From Elsinoe ampelina (taxonomy: Eukaryota), in assembly GCA_010093995.1 (NCBI GenBank), contig ML992507.1, positions 318,558 to 338,557 of the forward strand: DNA of 20,000 nt, written 5' to 3'. This document shows positions 11,414 through 20,000 of the stretch, piece by piece. Both the position numbers and the translations under genes were made by a program. The notes beneath the pieces were generated by a model, which had not been told where the DNA came from, did no database searches, and saw only the letters and a list, made by a program, of their open reading frames with translations. Position 1 is the first letter of the stretch; each line of letters begins with the position of its first letter.

Positions 11414-14039
11414 TTAGGTCATGGTCGGGTGCAAATCAGCGTCCAACCCCTTCATCCAGTTCACGTCGCTGCTCATAAAGCCAGCTCCAGTATCAACGCC
11501 GGGCATGTTAGCAGCAAAGTCGGCATCATCGAGCGCAAAGGCCTCTCCTGCGGCATCCAGGTTGACCAAAGCGTCAAAGTCAGGCTCGAAATCAGCCATG
11601 CCGAACATATCTGTATCGTCGTGACGGTATTCAGCATGTTCGCCCTCGCTCTGGCCATTGCTATCGGGCGGAGTGTCTGCCAGATATGAATTGAGACGTG
11701 AAGCAACCTCGGCATCGGTCATGCGCTGGACTCTGGCAGCTTGCGCGGCAGCATCAGGTGGTGGCGTGAGATGATTGTTGGACGAGTTGCCCATTAACGA
11801 TGGATCGATGTTCGCCTTCATGACTGCGGTTGGTGGTCGGTCTCCTGGCGGACGTGCGACAGCCGCGTTCTTGATCAGAGCTGCTTTCTGTGGCAGCGCG
11901 ATCTCGGCTTTCCTAATGGCAGCTTCCAAGAAGGCAGTCGAGTAATCGGCTGCAGCGTAGATGTCGCGTAGCTGAGACATGATCTGCATACACTGGCAGA
12001 ATCCTTGCAGCGCAGTCCGTCTAGTCTGTTCATCTGGCGCCTTGATGTCGAGAAGATGAATGATGATCGCAGGCAAGAGCACTGTGATACCGACAGTGGG
12101 AAGGTAGCGGATCAAGTCGTACTTTGCGAGAACATCGGCATAGATGGTAATCTGATTGGCAGCGTGCCTTACGTTTGCACGTGACATCTCCAGGAGCTCG
12201 GTAGAAGTATTGTCGGACGGCCAAGTACTCGCCGGAAGTACTTGTGGCCTGTGGAGTGCGGACAGTGTCGAGTGGTATACCATGTGCAAGAGTGTCCTGT
12301 TCAGGAAGAAGCTCTCCTCACCTGGAACAAAGGTCTGCTCTGCCGGATCCGAGACATCAACTTCGGGCGCGATCGACGCCTTCCATTTGCGTAGCTCGTC
12401 GTCACAATTCTTAACGCCGCAGACCTCTGGATCATCCTTCTTCGCTACCAACATCATCGTCGTGCGGGTACTGCCTTCTTTGCTTTGAACACCGTGGTTG
12501 TTATGTAGGACGGAGTATTGTGTCGACAAGACATGACTGATGCAGATGCAGAGCTTTGCCTTTTCGACGCACATGATGGCCAATCGTCTTTGCATGTCTG
12601 CACTGTACATGACGGAGCAGCCCGGTGGAATGCATGACATGTTCGCGCGGCTGAGCTCCGAGATGGAAAAGTCCTCCAAGCTGAGGAGTGGCACATCGAA
12701 ATCCTCGTTTTTTATCCTTGTTGGTCGCCGCATGCCGAGCGCAATGAGGCGATCGCGCATGTATGTAGACCACCAAATTCTGCGCCACAAACGTCTTTGC
12801 TTTACTTCCATCCCAGATCTTTCGGGGTTGCGATGAAGTCCGATCGTGTGCGAAAGGGAAACTGCGATACCCATCCAGTGATGACTGTCCTTTTGGTCGT
12901 CAGGAGTCTCGTACCAGTAGGTCATGAGGAGAAGAGCTTGAATGAGAGAGATGCGGTCTTGCTCGTAGTCAAAGTCGTACAAGAGCTATCAATGATCAGC
13001 GTGGTACTGTACAAGCAGGGGAGACAAAGCTTACCCTAGTCTTTTGGAAGAAGTCGCGCCTGGCGTCTCGTCTCGTCGAGTATCCCGCAGCCTTCAGGTG
13101 CTTGATGTCAACCATTGCGACTCCCGAGAACATGATAGCTTGGAACACCAGCAAGCTGACCTGGTTGCTGCCATCGTTGCGGTCGACGCTCTCGACCAAG
13201 TCGTGAATTTCCAGAAGCGGCATGTATGGATACACGAACTCGATGAAGCTTCTGAGGAGCGCATTGCGAAGTGGGAGAGGTGGTATGGAGAGCGCGCCCT
13301 TCTTGGCTAGGTAGACGACCTCGTCTGCGCCAATGCGTGCGGGTAATGGCTTGACGTACGGCGGCAGTTGGCGAGAGGGAAGGGGTGGTGATATGTGACG
13401 TGACCCTGAGAAGGGCGAAGCGTTCATGGAGGCGCCATTCGGACGAGTGGAAGGGGGTTGCATGCCATTGGAATAGGTGCGCGGGCGGACAGAATCGGCT
13501 ACAGCAGGCGCGTTGAGGTCGTTGTCTTGGTCGCGTTAGTATGGATGCCTATTGGGGTTCATTGTGATGCTCACAGAGTGCATGCGGACGATGCTCCGAA
13601 GCTGTAGACGGTGCATAGTTACCAACACTACCTCTGCGCTCAGAAGCATCTGCTGGGAAGCTGTCATAAGGAGGCGAGTCGAGCGAATTGTCTTGACTGT
13701 TCTCGTCTCCTGGTTTGGACCATTTCCTGTGAAATGTCAGCAGCAGATTTATGATGCGTACAAGGTGGGGCAGTACTTCTTGCGCTTGCTCTCCGAGACG
13801 ATGCATTCGACTTCATCGAGTCTACAATTGGTGCAGGGTATTTGTTCGACGACATTGCAGCGCACCTTCCTCTGCCTGCAGCATTGACATGCTTTTGAAG
13901 CCCTTCTCTTGACAGCTTTGTTTGGTCGGGGGCCGCCGCCTCCTTGCAGACCAGCTTGATCGGACTTTCTTTTTACTCCATTCGGCGGGAGCATGTGTCC
14001 ATTTGTACCCGACTCGTGTACAGACCCGGCATCAGACAT
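11414..14039 (-). CDS. farB: Zn(II)2Cys6 transcription factor with fungal-specific TF domain, FarB / cutinase transcription factor 1-beta-like; exons 14039-13777, 13726-13575, 13525-13035, 12985-11414; about 825 aa
   Basis: Zinc cluster KRRASKACQCCRQRKVRCNVVEQIPCTNCRLDEVECIVSESKRKK; middle homology region (LYDFDYEQDRISLIQALLLMTYWYETPDDQKDSHHWMG, RRIWWSTYMRDRLIALGMRRP, LRDIYAAAD) as I recall for CTF1-beta/FarB. Four exons splice in frame (2478 nt). Orthology to FarB is inferred. Confidence 0.85.
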
Positions 14040-15124
14040 GGTGGGCTGGCTATGAATGTCTCATTCGATGGGTTGGTGACGGGCGACGACGACAAGCTCT
14101 TTGTCGAATGCTGGACAACCAAAGGTAATTGAAAGGAGCAGACGCGACGGAAGAAAAGTGCGACAAAGCGGAACACCTGGGGAGAGGCGTCTTTTGGTGG
14201 ATCGCGAACGTTGACACTGACAGAATGGACAGAGGGCAGCCAAGAGGAATCCCCAGAAGAACAGAGGAAGTTTCCGGGGGCTCCGCTCGAGCTCAGCAGA
14301 GATTCCAAGGCTTGTGACCCTGTTGGAGCTCGTCTCTTGCATCGTCTGTGCGGGGACTGCAAGCCGATCTAACATGTGAAGGGCGCAGCTGCAGCTCATG
14401 CAATGAGCAGGGGACTATATGTTGAATCTTGTACGACATAAGACATGGCAGCTACTCATGATCATCCAGACTATCATTCCAGCACCTGTTCTTACTCTAG
14501 ATGGCCATGTTCTGTTTTCCATCCTCGTGCTCGCGTGAACGTCCATGTTTCTGCGCCTCGCCAATCACGATTCATCTGTCCCGACAAGCATTTCTAGCGC
14601 TGACGCACGGACTCTACAATTTGCAGCACACTTCGTTCGCGTCTATTATCCATCGCACACTGACATCAAGCATCAGATTTCCGACTTTTCCGCTCCATTA
14701 CTGATCAACATCCTTCCATGACCTCAAGCAGACTCTGCATACGATATCTGCCGCTTTGATATGACTAATCATGTCACCGTCGTGCAAAGGAGACTACAGC
14801 CGCCCATCCGGCATTCGATTGAGATGTTCGACCTCATCTGCCTGGTCAGGTGAATGACTGGTCTGACGCAAGCATGGTGCAATTTTGATAGGAAGACATA
14901 TGTTGTTGATCACAGCATACTGGTAGGTGAAGGTAAGTGTCTTCCAATATATTCGACCACCACTCGTGGTGCAATGTCGTACAGCACGGTAGCAGGGATG
15001 TAACACATCGATAAACACCGTACAATATCTGGTTCGATACAGTGCATAATTTCAGTCATCGACCAACAAAGACACCCTCAGACCTCAAGAAACAGAAAGC
15101 GTCACACCCTATTGGACTACACCC

Positions 15125-16204
15125 CTACGCCGTCCTCCCATCCTCCCCAAACACCTCAAACAAGCTATCCACCACCCGATCCACCAACCAAACACACCCA
15201 TTCTCCACACAAACCTCCCCCTGCACCGCCGCATTATTCAACCTCACCCCACCCCTCTCTCCCACCCTCACCTTCAACTCCCACCCATCCAGACCCCCCT
15301 CCACCTTCGCCTCATCCCCCGCCTTCCCCAGCCCCAACTCCGTCAACTTCTTCCCCCCCGCCAAGAACCCAGCAGTGAGTATAAACTCGCTCAAAGCCCG
15401 GTTACTCGGCGCCACAAACGCCGGCATAGCCTGCTGCGGCAGCACGGCGAAGGCGTCGTTGCTCGGCAACGCGACGATGGTCCACTCCCCGTTTGGCTTG
15501 TGGAGGTCGAGACGATCCAGGGCGCGAGGCGAGATGATGCTCAGCTTCTCTTTGAAGGCAGACAGGCGGGGGTCGTTTTGTACGAGGTCGTAGATTGTGC
15601 CGTCGGCGCCGGTGAAGCTGGGGTGGGCGTCGGCGGTGGAGACGCCGAAGTAGGACGTGAAGGGGTTGAGGAGTTGGTCGATGCGGTGGATGAGGCCGTT
15701 GGAGGCGGGGACGGGAGGGTCGGGGAGGAGGAGGGATTGGTTGTTCAGGAGGGTGCCTTTGGAGGAGGTGCTGGACATGATGGGGAAGCCTTCGATGGAG
15801 ATGATGGGGGTGGAGGGGGAGGGGGAGGGGAAGAGACCCTCGGCGATGTGGGTCCGGATTATTGCTTCGAAGAGCTCGTAGGCTGGGGTGGAGAGGAGGG
15901 TGTCGAGTGCTGCTTTGGGGATTTTGGCGAAAGCCTGGAAGGGTCAGCGAAGGCAGTGGATGCAGACAATGTTACGCACGGCGTTGGTAGGCACAAAAGC
16001 GGTATAGTTTCTCCCGTCGAGAGGCGAGTTGAAGCGTTCTTCGAAAGCCGGGTTCGGCTTGGGACCGCCACTGTCCGTCACAGCATCAGAGAAGACAGAG
16101 AGGTCATCGATGCCGGCGATGGTGGTGAGGAGAGGCTGGAGTGCCGAACAGTCAGCGGCAGCGACGGCGACGGCGAGTATGCTGAATGCAACTGGAGAAC
16201 GCAT
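15125..16204 (-). CDS. Secreted fasciclin (two FAS1 domains) protein; exons 16204-15980, 15934-15125; about 344 aa
   Basis: Signal peptide MRSPVAFSILAVAVAAA; FAS1 H1 motifs YTAFVPTNAAF and TIVALPSNDAF; H2 motifs ASNGLIHRIDQLL and VENGCVWLVDRVV. The 45-nt intron (GTGCGT..GCTGAC..CAG) keeps the frame. Confidence 0.88.
15806..15830 (+). repeat. G-run array (G5-TGGA-G5-A-G5-A-G4), canonical G-quadruplex motif; encodes PSPSPSTP on the - strand
   Basis: Read directly: gggggtggagggggagggggagggg. Confidence 0.75.
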
Positions 16205-16712
16205 GATGTGATCGAGTCAAGGTTGCGGTGCATTGGTATAGGGGCACGGCAGCCATGCCTATATATCGCTATGGGGAATCCAAGCAGGATTTTCCACCCG
16301 TGGCTCGAATTGCATTGGCATTTTAGACTTCCTCATCACACACACCCCTGTAATTAAAGACTGGGACAGTAGTTCACACCGCCTTGAAACTTGTGCTTGG
16401 AGGTGCTGCCAGGGAAGAAGTTGTTAGCCCTAAACCTAAACCTGGCCGTTGCCCTGAGACCACGACTAAATATATATGAACCACCCAGCTTCATGAAGCG
16501 AAGCATTTATTAGGGCGTCGCGGCCAACTTCCCATCTGATGATATCATGGTAATTCTTTGAAGCTCTTGGCCATCCTGCGCACCCCAGGTCTGAAGTGAG
16601 GGCTACGTGCCTGTACGTGCTCTTCCGCCACCGCAGCTGAATTCCTTACCACAGCAATTTAATCGCTTCTTGACGAGCTATGCACTGCTTTGATCCTTGC
16701 CATGCGCGAAGA

Positions 16713-18051
<1,339 letters not shown>

Positions 18052-19558
18052 ATGGCTGTCACCTGTGCTGGCTGCGGTCGTTCAAGCGAGAGGCTTTTGA
18101 AGTGCTCGCGATGCCAGTCTCGTGAATACTGTGGTACTATGATCTCAGCGCTACGCCAGCTTCACTAAACACCATTGACACTATCCAGGATCAGAATGTC
18201 AAAAAAACGACTGGCCTACCCATAAGTCTCTGTGTGAGCGTCAGAATTATATCCTCAAGGTGAATCTTCACCCTCGTCATATCACCAATCCGCGCATCTC
18301 AAGGACGCTGTCATGCCCTGCTGCTAGCACATTCGCAAAGCTCCACACCGCACTGATCGTGGCTTTCGGTTGGTCGAACACTCATCTGTATGACTTCTCC
18401 ATATACGATCAAGACATCGAGCAGGGTCGAGAGAATCGACTGTCAGGGCCACAGCCCATCTACAAGATCACTGATCCCGCATCGGAAGAAGACACTTTTC
18501 AAATGCCTAGTATGCCGCCGTCAAAAGATAGCTCCCGCATGAAGCTTTTCCAGGTTCTAGACAATGCTACTACAAGATCCAAGGCTTTCACATACGAATA
18601 TGACTTCGGAGATGGCTGGGAGCATGTCATCAAATGCAACGGACGAGCTCCCACGACAGACCACTTTATCTGTCTTGACGGCGAGGGTCATGGCTGTGCA
18701 GAAGATGTGGGTGGTTGGCATGGTTGGCTCGGTCTTCGCGAGGCTTACGACGCCCCCAATCCAAATCGTGATCAGAAAGAGCGGAGGAAGTGGTTCGAGA
18801 GATTTGCAAGCAACGGGGATCCTGAAGGTCTCCGCGGTGACCTCAAATGGCGCTGGGACAAGGAAAACATCAATCGTATCCTGGCCGAGCATCGAACGTC
18901 TCGACCGAATCGGCAACAACCTGTCCTTCCAAATGTACTTCTCCTTTCTCTCGGCAAGGTTGAATGGTTCGATGAGATGTATGGACCACTTCTTTCGCAG
19001 TTGCGTTCCAAAGCGACTGTCATTGAGCGGACTCACATCTCTAGCGTCATGGAGGCCTTGTCCACTGGTGTGAACTCGTACGCCGCAGTCGTCATCACGG
19101 ACGCCACGATACTACAGCCAGAGATGGAGGCTGTTCGCAGCAAGGTCGTTGATTATGCCCGGAATGGCGGTACACTTCTCATCTCATTCTCGTTCTCCAG
19201 TTTCGCGACCCCGCCGCTGGCAAAGCGATTCTTCAAGGACACGCTAGGTGTAGATTGGTCGTTCGGAGACTACCAACGGTCCACGTTCCAGCTCAACACA
19301 CATCCTCAGACAACGCTCTATCGACGAGGTTCAGGATCCGAGGCAACAGCTTATGACGAAATGAAGGAAGAATTCAGCATGAAAGCTTTGCATCTCGAGG
19401 ATGTGGCTGAGAACGATCGAGTCTACATTGCCCCTTATGGGAGCCGCCAGACTCCGGCTGCCTTTTCGAAGTATGGTGAAGGATACCTTGGTTATATTGG
19501 TGATGTCAACACCGAGGTAGAAGTTGGTCCTTTGCTGTTGAGAATGTGCGGCGTCTAA
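18052..19558 (+). CDS. MYND zinc finger + plasmid pRiA4b ORF3-like (MM3350-like) domain + uncharacterised C-terminal alpha/beta domain; exons 18052-18133, 18189-19558; about 483 aa
   Basis: The spliced N-terminus [43 protein letters not shown] is a complete MYND pattern. It is followed by ISRTLSCPAASTFAKLHTALIVAFGWSNTHLYDF, YEYDFGDGWEH and CLDGEGHGCAEDVGG, which are pRiA4b ORF3 family motifs. The 55-nt intron GTACTA..CAG (18134-18188) joins into the frame of ORF 18260..19558. Confidence 0.85.
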
Positions 19559-20000
19559 ACATCATCATCGTGCTTGGTGATCCTTTCCAGACACGTTTAG
19601 GGATTCGGGACGTTCCATTGCTAGGAGCAGCGAGATGATTAGCACCGGAGTATCCTAGAGTAGCATTATACCCAGATAGAAGTGTGACGTTCCGGTACCT
19701 TTTTATTCAATCCCCGGCAAGGTCCCACGACACGAGATCCCTGATGTGCAGATTTGTAGTAGAGATTGCTTGTTCTGAAGACCACCCAACTGGGTTCAAT
19801 AGTGCCATGGATGACGCATGGAATCTCATCTCACAAAGACTGCAATTGCAGTGCTGTTCGGTGGTGACCGTTTGTGGTGACTTCCAGGTACCTCGCCCTG
19901 AGTCTCTGCTGTTGTAATGGAAGGCTGGTACAGCTTCTCTGGTACTGAAGAACTGGTACTGATGAGTCAGCGCACGCACAGTAGATAAATCGGTTATTGT

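Noticed and set aside
16424..16443. TTAGCCCTAAACCTAAACCT, telomere-like
   Set aside because: Only two to three imperfect units, internal and intergenic, and not a TTAGGG array.
18260..18900. pRiA4b ORF3-like domain as evidence of a plasmid, IS element or bacterial contamination
   Set aside because: The gene has a spliceosomal intron and a MYND exon, its neighbours are fungal, and I saw no transposase, terminal inverted repeats or target-site duplications.

Overview
Gene-dense eukaryotic DNA from a filamentous ascomycete, probably a Dothideomycete (inferred from gene content and short GT-AG introns with CTRAC/CTRAT branch points). I rebuilt nine spliced genes by hand, and each splices to an open frame: a HAD-family glycerol-3-phosphate phosphatase (GPP1-like, -), a DUF3176 membrane protein (+), the nucleolar GTPase NUG1 (+), retromer VPS26 (+), P5C dehydrogenase PUT2/prnC (-), a FarB/CTF1-beta-like Zn2Cys6 transcription factor (-), a secreted fasciclin protein (-), the tRNA m7G46 methyltransferase TRM8 (-), and a three-domain MYND finger / pRiA4b-ORF3-like / alpha-beta fusion (+). 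I saw no RNA genes, transposons or CRISPR arrays. Two things stand out. One is the MYND-pRiA4b ORF3 fusion, whose MYND exon the ORF track misses. The other is a recurring, strand-symmetric switch from C-rich to G-rich sequence inside five genes, which changes synonymous codon use mid-gene. All family assignments are from motif recognition, not database searches.
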